DNA of 62,987 bases, filler included, from Octopus bimaculoides (GCF_001194135.2; 7 parts of 6 records of this genome joined end to end with filler, not necessarily neighbours in it); one strand, 5' to 3'; shown: positions 1 through 14,274, counted from the whole stretch's first letter. Numbers and translations are program-made. Notes: a model not told the origin generated them from the sequence alone.

Positions 1-1153
1 TGTGTATCAACATGGTACATAATCATTTTCATTTGCACAATTTTTTTTTATTTATGAAGTAATTATACAAAAAGTCCAGTATTCGTACATTTTGTAACAT
101 TTAGTAACATACCAATTCATATGCATTCGTGCACGTTCATATCCTCTCACAAACACATTTACACACATACACACACATACACACACATACACACACACAC
201 ACACTCACACGCACTCAACACAACACAACAAAACACATACGCGCACACATATTAGTCAATTACAAAACCAAACACTGAAGCTGTTAGATGCATACACTTC
301 ACGATAGATGCATGGGATCACACAAGACAAACAAGAACCACGATATCCAATGATTGCCAAGAATACCAACGATGTTTTTGGTTAATTTGGTGAGAAGTTT
401 TAATTATAAACAAACAACGAACTTCCTATCGAAAATGACAACTGATTCGTTTCTTCCATATTGGATCTGGACGTTAGCGTGTTTTAGTCAACCATTTTGT
501 TTTTCCGTTAGTCTTCTTCGTGATGTTGTTTTTATAGTATATCGATTAGTTCGTGTTCTGTTGATTGGTTGATTATGTTTAGCCTCAGGTTAGCTCATTT
601 AAGTGGATCTGTGATCAGAGGTGTTCTATCCGTGACCATCCTGTTTTATTTTATTAACCCTTTGTGGATAAAGATACCAGATGTCTAACAACCGATCTGG
701 CATTTCTGTCTGTGAGATTAGCTTATTTTGTTTTTACTCATATCAGCAATTTCTCCAAGAGACTTGTGATCAGAACTATTCGAGCCGTGACCATCCTGTC
801 CTATTTTATACAAACTTAAACGTATTCTAGTTTATACAAACTTAGACATATTCTACAACGCCAACTGTCAAGCGGTAATTGGGGACAAGAACACACATAC
901 ACACATGCGCACGGGCACAAAGGCTTCTTTTAGTTTTTCTCTAGCAAATGCACAGACATAGTTTTGATCAGTTCGAGGTTACAGTCAAATAGAGTCGCTC
1001 AGTGTGTCTTGCTGCATGACCGAACACAGAATGATTTGCTTGAGAAGCAAAATTCTTACCAGAAGACCACGCTGGCGCCTAATATAATATATTAATTTTA
1101 TCATGTGTTGGCTTGGATTTAAATAAACAATAAGTAGATCTCTAAGAGAAAAT

Positions 1154-3476
<2,323 letters not shown>

Positions 3477-3520
3477 NNNNNNNNNNNNNNNNNNNNNNNN
3501 NNNNNNNNNNNNNNNNNNNN

Positions 3521-3532
3521 TTAATTAATTAA
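3521..3532. other. Artificial scaffold-join linker TTAATTAATTAA inside a 100-bp N spacer; also at 15417-15428, 41166-41177, 51533-51544, 57766-57777 and 60594-60605
   Basis: The identical 12-mer is flanked by 44 N on each side at six positions and encodes stops in all six frames. Confidence 0.95.
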
Positions 3533-3576
3533 NNNNNNNNNNNNNNNNNNNNNNNNNNNNNNNNNNNNNNNNNNNN

Positions 3577-3780
3577 GCTCGTGTTGGCGGAAGAGAAGAC
3601 TTCCTCAGAGCTTGTTTGAAGGTCTGCACCAAACGTTCCGCTGCTCCGTTGGTAGCTGGGTGGTAAGGTGCCCCTGTCAGGTGTGTGATCCCGCGTTCTT
3701 TGCACCAGCTCTGGAACTCCTCAGACGTAAAAGTTGGTGCATTATCGGTGACCAGTGTGTGAGGAATTCCCTCGGGAAAC
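3577..3780 (-). mobile_element. Ty3/Gypsy LTR retrotransposon integrase (rve) core fragment
   Basis: Translation EGIPHTLVTDNAPTFTSEEFQSWCKERGITHLTGAPYHPATNGAAERLVQTFKQAL contains the second D and the E of the DD35E triad and the YHP.xNG.AER motif. Confidence 0.92.
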
Positions 3781-3785
3781 ATAAC

Positions 3786-3868
3786 AAAAAGTATTTGCTG
3801 TCCACGGACCCCCTGTCTTATCCTTGCGGACCCCCTGTGGTCCGCGGACCACAGTTTGAAAACCCCTG
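3786..3868 (-). mobile_element. Terminal fragment of a Charlie-type hAT MITE, same family as 25438-25732
   Basis: Ends in GTTTGAAAACCCCTG (reverse complement of TIR CAGGGGTTTTCAAAC), followed by TTCTAGAA, which fits the NTCTAGAN target consensus. Confidence 0.85.
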
Positions 3869-4484
3869 TTCTAGAAAACTCTTGCTGACTGCTACAAAGC
3901 CATTCGCAAACACAAGGGTTTTTTTTTTTACCAAGGGGCATAACTCTTAACCTAATCCCTTACTCGATTCCTTTCATCGACAAACCGGATGTGTCCCTTC
4001 ACATCCAAGAATAAGAGAAAAGTCGCCATATTTCGTTCCATGACATGACCATAATCTGTCCTTTACCTAACAATCCGTTGAACTCCGACTACGAACACGA
4101 TTGGCAAGATCGGCCGTAATAGATATATAATACATACTGTACACTTCGATTAACATATATATATATATCGAATGCATTAAATGCGCCTCATTATAACTGA
4201 TATAAAATGCTGTGTCATACCAAAACTAGTTGGACAACGTGAAGCAAACAAGCAATTGTTCTTCTCCATCATATAATACGATGAAAAGTTGCTGAGAATT
4301 GGTAAGTGAGGAATATATTGATGTCACAAACAAATATAAGGAATGGTTTCTATGTTTACAACTAATTAATATGGGCGATCTTTTGAAACGAGTCCTAAAT
4401 ATCGGCCTTTTCCGTAAAAAGTGTCTTCGGCGATCTTTACCAAAGATCGCCCTTTTCCTTAACACCCGCACGATCTTCACTACG

Positions 4485-4601
4485 GTGTCAGGGTTAGGGT
4501 TTTAGTGTCAGGGTTAGGGTTTTAGGGTTAGGGTTACGATTACGGTTAGGGACGGAATTCTCTAACCCAAGCCCTAAAACCCAAACCCTAACCGTAAACC
4601 C
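4485..4601. repeat. Degenerate telomeric-like repeats arranged as (TTAGGG)n then (CCCTAA)n
   Basis: GGGTTAGGGTTTTAGGGTTAGGGTTA is followed by CTAACCCAAGCCCTAAAACCCAAACCCTAACC, with GAATTC near the centre. Confidence 0.85.
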
Positions 4602-4679
4602 TTCAAAAGAAATCGTGCTCTCTGTATCTCTTTCGCTTTTACGGTGTCCTTTCCCTCTTTCTCGTTGCAATTAAATTAA

Positions 4680-5275
4680 TATGTTCTGTGTGCAGGAACA
4701 ACAAGCACTAAGAGCATACGGGACTTGGATTCTCTCAAATACCCAGGGGGCTCTTTTGGGGTTGTAGATAGTTTCTCTTACGTAGGTGACCAAATTAGCA
4801 ATGGTGTAGGATGCGCTGAAAGCATTGTTTCTAGAATAAGAATAGGGTGGAGGAAGTTTAGAGAGCTCTGTTGTCAACAAAAGGATTCTCAGAGTGAAAG
4901 GTAGACTGTGTGATGCTTGTGTGCGAACGGCTATACTCCATAGTAGTGAGACGTGGGCTCTGAATGCAGAAGACATGCATAGACTGGAGAGAAATGAAGG
5001 TAGTATGCTCTGTTGGATGTGCAACATCAGTGCACATGTACAACAAAGTGCAAATGTATTGAGAGAAAAGTTGGGCATAAGAGGAGTCAAATGTAGCATG
5101 CAAGAGAGAAGACTATGTTAGTTTGGACATGTGATGCGTATGAATGAGGATAGGTGTATAAAGAAGTGCTGATCACTGAAAGTGGATGGCTCCTGTGGAA
5201 GAGGGAGACTCAGGAAGACGTGAGATGAAGTGGTGAGGACCGATCTCAGGATGTTGGGCCTCACGGAGGAAATGA
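4680..5275 (+). mobile_element. RTE-clade LINE, degraded 3' portion of ORF2
   Basis: KGRLCDACVRTAILHSSETWALNAEDMHRLERNEGSMLCWMC...LREKLGIR...QERRL, followed by a GRGRLRKT-type motif typical of post-RT RTE sequence; contains stops. Confidence 0.9.
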
Positions 5276-5513
5276 GGGATAAAGGTAGATTAGATTTAAA
5301 CAGTCTGTTTATGAAATCTTAGTAGATTTATCATGTCTCTAACACACACCCATAGCAAATTATAGAGGGACCTTTAGAAAGTTGACTGCACTGACAAATG
5401 TCTAACGTATTTGATCAGTTTGATCAAGTACCCAGTAGAAGACAGTAATGACACATTGATATCAACCCTAATTTTCATTTAACTTTTTGTTTCATATTTT
5501 TATCTTCTCAAAG

Positions 5514-5723
5514 GATTCAACGCAATTGGATATAAAGAACCGTAAGCAAATGACACCATTACTTGAAGCTGTCTCCGGGGGTCATATTGGGATGATTCGC
5601 CAGCTGATAGCAAGAGGAGCAGACGTAAATGCTGTTGATGGTAGTGGCAGTAACTGTCTGCACCTTGCTGTGGAGAAAGAGGTGTTTCATTCCGAGGGTG
5701 AAACCCTAAGTATTTTAGACGAG
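5514..5723 (+). CDS. MIB2-like: Internal exon (210 bp, phase 0-0) of a Mind bomb-2-like E3 ligase; ankyrin repeats
   Basis: Polypyrimidine tract with AG at 5512-5513; GTAAGT donor at 5724. Translation DSTQLDIKNRKQMTPLLEAVSGGHIGMIRQLIARGADVNAVDGSGSNCLHLAVEKEVFHSEGETLSILDE contains TPL..A...GH and GADVN..D..G..CLHLA ankyrin motifs. Confidence 0.93.
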
Positions 5724-5959
5724 GTAAGTTTTTAAATTGTTTGTGAATATGTGTAGTGTGTGTGTGTGTGTGTGTGTTTGAGAGAGAAAGAGACGGACAT
5801 TGCATGTCATGCCTCAGTTCACACCCATCAACCCCAACCTCCATTACCATTGAGTAATCCACTCTCTCCTGATAACTTAATTATATTATGTAACTAACTC
5901 CATATCCCTTACACCCTTAAAGACATAGCTCCTCCACCACAGAGAAGATGACCCATCTC

Positions 5960-6540
5960 AGATGTTGGGCATATAAACACAGCCATCACAGAGTGATGGA
6001 GGGGTGACCTACTCAAGATATTCCCAAATGACTGTGATATAGGGTAGAGGAGAGGTGATGCATAGGAATGAGGACAACTGTATAAAGAAGTACTAATCCC
6101 TGAAAGTGGGTGGTACCTGTGGAAGAGAGAGACCCCAGGAAGATGTGGGATGAAGTGGTGAGGACCGATCTCAGGATGTTGGGCCTCACGGAGGAAACGA
6201 CAAGGGACCGAAATGTCTGGCAATGTGAGGTTCTTGGAAAGACCCACCCACATCAGCAAAACTGAGTTCTGGAAATGCTATGTATTCCACCGAATAAAAC
6301 TTTTTGCACACCCTACCCCAACAAACCAAANNNNNNNNNNTGCATAGGAATGAGGACAACTGTATAAAGAAGTACTAATCCCTGAAAGTGGGTGGTACCT
6401 GTGGAAGAGAGAGACCCCAGGAAGATGTGGGATGAAGTGGTGAGGACCGATCTCAGGATGTTGGGCCTCACGGAGGAAACGACAAGGGACCGAAATGTCT
6501 GGCAATGTGAGGTTCTTGGAAAGACCCACCCACATCAGCA
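5960..6540 (+). mobile_element. RTE LINE 3' fragment, present twice across a 10-N gap (about 6061-6330 and 6341-6610)
   Basis: Same GAAGAGAGAGACCCCAGGAAGATGTGGGATGAAGTGGTGAGGACCGATCTC region as the 4680-5275 copy; the two units are essentially identical. Confidence 0.8.
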
Positions 6541-7250
6541 AAACTGAGTTCTGGAAATGCTATGTATTCCACCGAATAAAACTTTTTGCACACCCTACCC
6601 CAACAAACCAAACTACATCTCTTCTCTTCCTCACATTTCCTCTTGCTCCCAAATCTTGTCTTCACTGTATCATTGCTATCCTGTTGTCCCCCATACCGCT
6701 AAGCATTCCGTCCGGCGTGCTAATGTTTCTGCCAGCTTGTCACCTTGTTTCTTTATTAATTATGGAAATATTATTGGTATGTTTAGGATATTTCTGTTTG
6801 GTGTTGGTTTTGTTGTTATGTCTGAAGAAATTGATATGTTGTAGGTGTTCTCTGTTCTGATAACTTACATTGTTTGTTGTTATGTTCATATACAATACAC
6901 TTCCATAAGTATTTCTTTTGGTGTGGCCAGTTGGCTTTATCACACCAGTTGTACAGATAGGATTTTGTTGGCCTGTTGTGTTTCGTATTTTATTCTTGTG
7001 ATGTTTGTTCCATTATATTTCCCATATTTGTGATGAGGCTATCATTTGTTTCATCATCATCATCGTTTAACGTCCGCCTTCCATGCTAGCATGGGTTGGA
7101 CGATTTGACTGAGGACTGGTGAAACCGGATGGCAACACCAGGCTCCAATCTAAATTTGGCAGAGTTTCTACAGCTGGATACCCTTCCTAACGCCAACCAC
7201 TCAGAGAGTTGTGTAATATTCTACTCTATTTTATATTTCATCATTTCTAG

Positions 7251-7426
7251 TGTTGCATTGAACTCAAACTGAACAAGGAAAACAGGCTCTCTGGTGTAAT
7301 AGTCGCTAGTTATCTAGCTCACCAGGGAGCCAGCTTTTATCATATGAACAACAAGAACGAAACCCCATTGGACCTCATCAAGAATCGAAATTTGAAAGAA
7401 AACTTACGAACGTTTTTACTATCCCG
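7251..7426 (+). CDS. MIB2-like: Internal exon (176 bp, phase 0-2) of the MIB2-like gene; last ankyrin repeat
   Basis: TTTCTAG acceptor; GTAAGT donor at 7427. Translation CCIELKLNKENRLSGVIVASYLAHQGASFYHMNNKNETPLDLIKNRNLKENLRTFLLS(R) resembles the recalled MIB2 segment VACFLALEGADVSYTNHRGRSPLDL. Confidence 0.9.
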
Positions 7427-7475
7427 GTAAGTATTCACTGGCAATGACAAGATGGACCAGTACATACCCTCTCTT

Positions 7476-7704
7476 TACTCTTTTATTTGTTTCAGTCATT
7501 TGACTGTGGCCATGCTGGAGCACCGCCTTTTTTAGTCGAGAGAATCGACCCCAATTCTTATTCTTTGTAAGCCTAGTACTTATTCTATCGGTCTATCTTT
7601 TGCCGGACCGCTAAGTTACGGGGACGTAAACACACCAGCATCAGTTGTCAAGCGATGTTGGGTGGACAAACACAGACACACAAACATATACATACATACA
7701 TACA

Positions 7705-7757
<53 letters not shown>

Positions 7758-8082
7758 CATCATCATCATCGTTTAACGTCCGCTTTCCATGCTAGCATGG
7801 GTTGGACGATTTGACTGAGGACTGGTGAAAACCAGATGGCTACACCAGGCTCCAATCTGATTTGGCAGAGTTTCTACAGCTGGATGCCCTTCCTAACGCC
7901 AACCACTCAGAGAATATATATATACATATATACGACAGGCTTCTTTCAGTTTCCATCTACCGAATCCACTCACAAGGCTTTGGTCGGCCCGAGGCTATAG
8001 TAGAAGACACTTGCCCATGATGCCACGCAGTGGGACTGAACCCAGAACCATGTGGTTGGTAAGCAAGCTACTTACCACACAG
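7476..8082 (-). mobile_element. Long tRNA-head SINE with an internal (TA/CA)n microsatellite; other copies at 10825-11536(-), 14998-15372(-), 43480-43665(+, partial), 45812-46203(-), 60360-60520(+, partial), 60650-61020(-)
   Basis: Shared sense sequence TGTGTGGTAAGTAGCTTGC...GGTTCAGTCCCACTGCGTGGCACCTTGGGCAAGTGTCTTC...GGTGCTCCAGCATGGCCACAGTCAAATGACTGAAAC, with a B-box-like GGTTCAGTCCC. Confidence 0.88.
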
Positions 8083-9817
8083 TCCATGTTTATATGTTTG
8101 TTTTTAGATCCCTATCATTCTACAGATGTGATTCTCTAGGGCATAGTATGTTATCCTGGTACTGTGACTATTTCATTTCAACTGAGAATGAGCAACATAA
8201 ACCCTTTTTTATATAAATTAGGGTCTTGCACTAATTGCAGATAGCTTCACCAGAGTTCGTTTATGCAGCAGAGAAAGGCTTTGGTGAAGTGGAGATAGAT
8301 AACATCTACCCATGGGCCACTGTCTGTGATTTAGGCTGATGTCCTCAAGAAGTTCTAGGAGTCAGCTACAGCATCTGGAGTTAGGGATAAATCCAAATTC
8401 TGAGGGTTGAATAAGGTTATGTGAGTTACAGATTTTTCAAAGTATCTCTTTCTCTCTCACATAGAAGACCATAAATTTGGTGAGGCAGTTAGTGAAGCCC
8501 TTTTACAAGCGCTCTCCAGGATCAAATTAGCTTATATCATCATCATGATTTAACGTCCGCTTTCCATGCTAGCATGGGTTGGACGATTTGACTGAGGACT
8601 GGTGCAACCGGATGGCTACACCAGGCTCCAAATATATGTATANNNNNNNNNNNNNNNNNNNNNNNNNNNNNNNNNNNNNNNNNNNNNNNNNNNNNNNNNN
8701 NNNNNNNNNNNNNNNNNNNNNNNNNNNNNNNNNNNNNNNNNNNNNNNNNNNNNNNNNNNNNNNNNNNNNNNNNNNNNNNNNNNNNNNNNNNNNNNNNNNN
8801 NNNNNNNNNNNNNNNNNNNNNNNNNNNNNNNNNNNNNNNNNNNNNNNNNNNNNNNNNNNNNNNNNNNNNNNNNNNNNNNNNNNNNNNNNNNNNNNNNNNN
8901 NNNNNNNNNNNNNNNNNNNNNNNNNNNNNNNNNNNNNNNNNNNNNNNNNNNNNGGTGGCACATAAAACACACCATTTTGAGCGTGGCCGTTGCCAGAACC
9001 GCCTGACTGGCCTTCATGTGGGTGACACGTAAAAGCACCCACTACACTCTCGGAGTGGTTGGCGTTAGGAAGGGCATCCAGCTGTAGAAACTCTGCCAAA
9101 TCAGATTGGAGCCTGGTGTAGCCATCCGGTTTCACCAGTCCTCAGTCAAATCGTCCAACCCATGCTAGCATGGAAAGCGGACGTTAAACGATGATGATGA
9201 TGATGATGATGATGATTGATATATATATATATATATACACACAACACACGCACATATACATGCATGTGTGAGTCACTCAAGCACAAGTCTGTCTGTATGT
9301 AATTGTATATCTTTAGAGTAGCATTGTAGGGTAGGTGTGAGAGGTAGGATCTGGCTGGTTTGAGTGTAAAACAGGTAGAATATTTGGGCCGGATATGGCC
9401 GGTTTAAATGCTAAAGGGTTAAAGAAGAATTTGTGACGTTTTCTTGCTGGTCTCTGTAATGTCTTGTTATATTCTGTACTGTAAACATGTACACAATGTA
9501 ATCATCATCATCATCATCATCATTGTTTAACGTCCGCACCAGGCTCCAATCTAATTTGGCAGAGTTTCTACAGCTGGATGCCCTTCCTAACGCCAACCAC
9601 TCAGAGAGTGTAGTGGGTGCTTTTACGTGTCACCCGCACGAAAACGGCCACGCTCGAAATGGTGTCTTTTATGTGCCACCCGCACAAGAGCCAGTCCAGG
9701 GGCACTGGCAACGATCTCACTCGAAAATCCTACGGGAGCCAGTCAGGCGGTACTGGCAACGGCCCGTGTTATAAACGAATGTTATTGGTGAGGTGTATTT
9801 CTGTTTTTTTTGTACAG

Positions 9818-9966
9818 GTTACCGTGTCTGTTTTGTGAAGATAAAGAGGCCACCATAACCTTCCATCCATGTGGACATTGTGTGTTGTGTTTGGAATGCT
9901 GTCCAAAACGTCTACCTAGGCGATGCCTCAAATGCCGGCAACCTGTATCTGGCAGAAGTGGATTTG
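9818..9966 (+). CDS. MIB2-like: Internal exon (149 bp, phase 2-1) of the MIB2-like gene; RING finger
   Basis: T-rich TACAG acceptor; GTGAGA donor at 9967; in frame with the previous exon. Translation LPCLFCEDKEATITFHPCGHCVLCLECCPKRLPRRCLKCRQPVSGRSGF is a MIB/IAP-type C3HC4 RING (C..C...PCGH...C..C...C..C). Confidence 0.93.
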
Positions 9967-11340
9967 GTGAGAATACTATTTAATGATCTGTCTGTTTGTC
10001 TCGTTGACTTTATGGTGTAGAATATCATCATCATCATCATCATCTTCGTTTAACGTCCGCTTTCCATGCTAGCATGGGTTGGACGATTTGACTGAGGACT
10101 GGTGAAACCAGATGGCTGCACCAGGCTCCAATCTGATTTGGCAGAGTTTCTACAGCTGGATGCCCTTCCTGACGCCAACCACTCAGAGAGTGTAGTGGGT
10201 GCTTTTACGTGTCACCCGCACGAAGGCCAGTCAGGCGGTACTGGCAATGGCCACGCTCAAAATGGTGTATTTTACGTGCCACCTGCACAGGAGCCAGTCC
10301 AGTGGTACTGGCAACGATCTTGCTCAAATGTCTTTACACGTGTCACCGGCACAAGTGCCAGGAAGGCGACGCTGGGCACTGGTGCTGTCACGATTTCGCT
10401 TATGTACTTTATTTTGTTGTGTAGATTCTGATCTGGCAGATTTATGATAAAAGTTGTCTTAGGTGTCTTTTTTTCTGTGATAGTAAATCTGTCACTACAT
10501 CTGTTAGACTTTATCCAAGCAAGAAAACCAGTCACAATTCAGGAAAGTATTGTCTGAAACATGTGACTAATGAATGATACTGTAACATAAATGGTGACTA
10601 GCAGAAACATCTCCCATTTTACAGTTGGCGGCGAGTGATTAGAGGTGATTAATGATTTATCAGTGTCTGGGTAAGCTGGTAATTAAAGTCAGTGGGACTT
10701 ACAAGAACACCAATGTCTGCTTTGGTAAAGTGGGAGATTGGATCAGAAAATCCCAACTGAGTGTTTAAGGACCAACATTAGCAAGCCTGGGAGTTGAATC
10801 AGGTGTTTTGTTTATATTGGTAATTCTTTTACTCTTTTACATGTTTCAGTCATTTGACTGCGGCCATGCTGGAGCACCGCCTTTTCACTCGAGCTAATCG
10901 ACCCCAGGACTTATTCTTTGTAAGCCTAGTACTTATTCTGTCGGTCTCTTTTTGCCGAACCGTTAAGTTACGGGGATGTAAACACACCAGCATCGGTTGT
11001 CAAGTGATGTTGGGGGGAACAAACACAGACACACAAACATATACACACATATACATCATCATCATCATCATCATCGTTTAACGTCCGCTTTCCATGNNNN
11101 NNNNNNNNNNNNNNNNNNNNNNNNNNNNNNNNNNNNNNNNNNNNNNNNNNNNNNNNNNNNNNNNNNNNNNNNNNNNNNNNNNNNNNNNNNNNNNNNNNNN
11201 NNNNNNNNNNNNNNNNNNNNNNNNNNNNNNNNNNNNNNNNNNNNNNNNNNNNNNNNNNNNNNNNNNNNNNNNNNNNNNNNNNNNNNNNNNNNNNATCTCG
11301 CTCGAAAATCCTACGGGAGCCAGTCAGGCGGTACAGCTGG

Positions 11341-11383
<43 letters not shown>

Positions 11384-11946
11384 TACAACCGGCTTCTTTC
11401 AGTTTCTGTCTACCAAATCTACTCACAAGGCTTTGGTCGGCCCGAGGCTATGGTAGAAGACACTTGCCCCAAGGTGCCACGCAGTGGGACTGAACCCGGA
11501 ACCATATGGTTGGTAAGCAAGGTACTTACCACACAGACACGTCCTCCAGAAATTCTTCATGATTTTTCATTTATGAAGATCTCAAATAGTTTGCTGTTTG
11601 ATATGAGATGTCATCTATTGTTGAGGTCTGTACTCAGACTGTCAGAAAAGATTATATGCTGTAGCAATCAATAACCAAAGATAATTGCAGCGTTTTTACA
11701 TTATGTCGGATGTCTTAATAGAGAGAGAGGAGGTTTAGGAAGGTTAGTCTATTCTGTTGAGGAACTAAATATTGAGCTATTATATAGTACCACTGTAGAA
11801 AGTGTGACAATGCTGTACCAAACCACAGTGGTCACCAGTTGACCATTGATGATAGGAATGTCTCCTCACAGTAATCGAATACAGATAATTAATAAAGATG
11901 AAGAAATGTTACTTCAAAGTGTAAAACTTGGAAATGTTTATTTCAG

Positions 11947-11997
11947 AGGGTCCAAAGTTGTCTGACAAGGAAGTCCAAACGGCGGCAGAGCCAGGTG
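11947..11997 (+). CDS. Predicted 51-bp linker micro-exon (phase 1-1), (E)GPKLSDKEVQTAAEPG
   Basis: TTTATTTCAG acceptor and GTGAGT donor at 11998. Phase matches the RING exon and the exon is homologous to the 14891 exon. No transcript evidence. Confidence 0.68.
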
Positions 11998-12239
11998 GTG
12001 AGTACAAAATAAGTGTACATAACTATGTTAGTCCACAGAACTCCAAAAGGAACATAGGGGTGGTTTCCTGGTCCCTCTGGCATAGGTATATTCCTCACTG
12101 GATGGGACGCTGCTTCATGACAGAATTACCTATTTTCACAAGCTGAGTGGGCTGGGGCATTGTGAAATAAAAGTGTTTTGCTCAAGAACACAATACATTG
12201 CCCAGTCCAGGAATTGAAACCACAATCTAATAATCATAG

Positions 12240-13070
12240 CAGTGACTCGGCTATCAGAGCAAGGTCATCAGCATAGAGAAGCTCCCAGGGGCAGCCTATT
12301 TTGAATTCCTCTGTTATTGCCTGGAGGACTATGATGAATAAAAGGGGGCTGAGAACTGATCCTTGGTGAACCCCTACTTCTACCCAGAAGTCTTGACTAT
12401 ACTCGTTGCCTTACTGACAGCATCCCTGTACAGGTCTTACCAACCACTCGTCTATCCCCAGCTTCTGCATTGACCACCAGATAAAGGATATGGGGACCTT
12501 GTCAAAGGCTTCTCCAAGTCAACAAAAGACAAGTACAGAGGTTTATCTTTGGCTAGGTATTTCTCCTGCAGTTGCCTTACCAGAAATATAGCATCAGTGG
12601 TGCTTCTGCCTGGCACAAAACCAAACTGCATCTCACCTAGGCTAACTCTCTCCCTAATTAGTTAGGCTATGACCCTTTCTGAAACTTTCATCACCTGATC
12701 CAATAATTTGATGCCCCAATAGTTATTTCTATCTAAAGCATCACCTTTACTTTTGTAGCAGCTGACTATGGTGCTGCTACACCAGTCATTGGGTATGACT
12801 CCTTCATGAACTACCTGATTTACGATGTGGGTGACAAGACCATAACCTACATCGCCTGATATTTTAAGCATCTCAGGGGTTATTCCTGATGGGCCAGGTG
12901 CTTTCCCTGTCTTCATATCCTTAATTGCTGTATCTACCAAGGTACTGTTGATTTGGGTAGCTGGTCCCTCTACTGGGTCAACATTTGGCAGACTCTCCTC
13001 CTCCTATTCATTCTCCACATTCAGCAGTCTTTTTATAATGGCATCTCCAAGCCTCTTCCTTTGCAGAATC
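12240..13070 (-). mobile_element. RTE-clade LINE reverse-transcriptase fragment
   Basis: MKTGKAPGPSGITPEMLK...VIPNDWCSSTIVSCYKSKGDALDRNNYWGIKLLDQVMKVSERV covers the RT N-terminal motifs; the QFGF-like and F.DLEKAFD-like segments follow, with stops. Confidence 0.92.
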
Positions 13071-13084
13071 ATTGGATCTAGTTC

Positions 13085-13267
13085 AAAACGGGGGCGCCAG
13101 TATTTTCTTAACGAAACACTTTGAAACTTGGGACACTGGTAGAATGTGTCATATAAAACATCTTTTTCTTTTAGTCTTCTTAAGAAAAATTATTATATTG
13201 CAACTTATTTCATGTTAAATTTGTCGTATTTCTGTAATTTCAACCAATCACTGACGTCCATTCAGCC
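13085..13267 (+). mobile_element. Terminal-inverted-repeat arm of the same foldback family as 25828-26694, inside an intron of the MIB2-like gene
   Basis: ACGAAACACTTTGAAACTTGGGACACTGGTAGAATGTGTCATATAAAACATC...TTTCAACCAATCACTGACGTC matches 25864-26010. Confidence 0.8.
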
Positions 13268-14030
13268 NNNNNNNNNNNNNNNNNNNNNNNNNNNNNNNNN
13301 NNNNNNNNNNNNNNNNNNNNNNNNNNNNNNNNNNNNNNNNNNNNNNNNNNNNNNNNNNNNNNNNNNNNNNNNNNNNNNNNNNNNNNNNNNNNNNNNNNNN
13401 NNNNNNNNNNNNNNNNNNNNNNNNNNNNNNNNNNNNNNNNNNNNNNNNNNNNNNNNNNNNNNNNNNNNNNNNNNNNNNNNNNNNNNNNNNNNNNNNNNNN
13501 NNNNNNNNNNNNNNNNNNNNNNNNNNNNNNNNNNNNNNNNNNNNNNNNNNNNNNNNNNNNNNNNNNNNNNNNNNNNNNNNNNNNNNNNNNNNNNNNNNNN
13601 NNNNNNNNNNNNNNNNNNNNNNNNNNNNNNNNNNNNNNNNNNNNNNNNNNNNNNNNNNNNNNNNNNNNNNNNNNNNNNNNNNNNNNNNNNNNNNNNNNNN
13701 NNNNNNNNNNNNNNNNNNNNNNNNNNNNNNNNNNNNNNNNNNNNNNNNNNNNNNNNNNNNNNNNNNNNNNNNNNNNNNNNNNNNNNNNNNNNNNNNNNNN
13801 NNNNNNNNNNNNNNNNNNNNNNNNNNNNNNNNNNNNNNNNNNNNNNNNNNNNNNNNNNNNNNNNNNNNNNNNNNNNNNNNNNNNNNNNNNNNNNNNNNNN
13901 NNNNNNNNNNNNNNNNNNNNNNNNNNNNNNNNNNNNNNNNNNNNNNNNNNNNNNNNNNNNNNNNNNNNNNNNNNNNNNNNNNNNNNNNNNNNNNNNNNNN
14001 NNNNNNNNNNNNNNNNNNNNNNNNNNNNNG

Positions 14031-14078
14031 AGATTCCAAAGTCTGGAGAGAAAGTCCCAAAGACATCACAGAATGTTG
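14031..14078 (+). CDS. Predicted 48-bp linker micro-exon (phase 1-1), (E)IPKSGEKVPKTSQNV
   Basis: GTAAGT donor at 14079. The acceptor lies mostly in the N gap (only G14030 is visible). Aligns codon by codon with the 11947 exon (CCA AAG..TCT..GTC C.A). Confidence 0.55.
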
Positions 14079-14274
14079 GTAAGTGTAAAATAACAGCAGC
14101 TAATTGATCTCTATAAACTTTACCTGCAGGTGGGGCATAATTTGTTTGTGAGAATGACAAAGGACAGGTTCCATGCCTGTATTTCAATTGAACAGTTAGC
14201 TGTAAAGTGATATCTATTAAAGATATTGATATTACTGAAATATCATAAAATATCCACTGAGATAACATAAGAAG

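Larger units (their letters stand above)
7051..11334. mobile_element. Cluster of seven 5'-truncated copies of one (ATG)n-tailed retroelement, likely RTE-derived: 7051-7208(-), 7757-7913(-), 8537-8631(-), 8955-9216(+), 9501-9763(-), 10023-10395(-), 11053-11334(-)
   Basis: All share (CAT)n-GTTTAACGTCCGCTTTCCATGCTAGCATGGGTTGGACG...; the copy at 8955-9216 is the reverse complement. Confidence 0.88.

Noticed and set aside
4230-4305. GTAAGT donor upstream of the first ankyrin exon
   Set aside because: All three frames from the nearest acceptor contain stops.
6061-6610. Approximately 270-bp tandem duplication
   Set aside because: The copies are identical on either side of a 10-N gap, typical of an unmerged contig overlap; the same applies around 2358-2367.
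10625-10670. Candidate extra exon between the RING and the linker exons (TTTTACAG...GTAAGC)
   Set aside because: In-frame TGA in the required phase 1.
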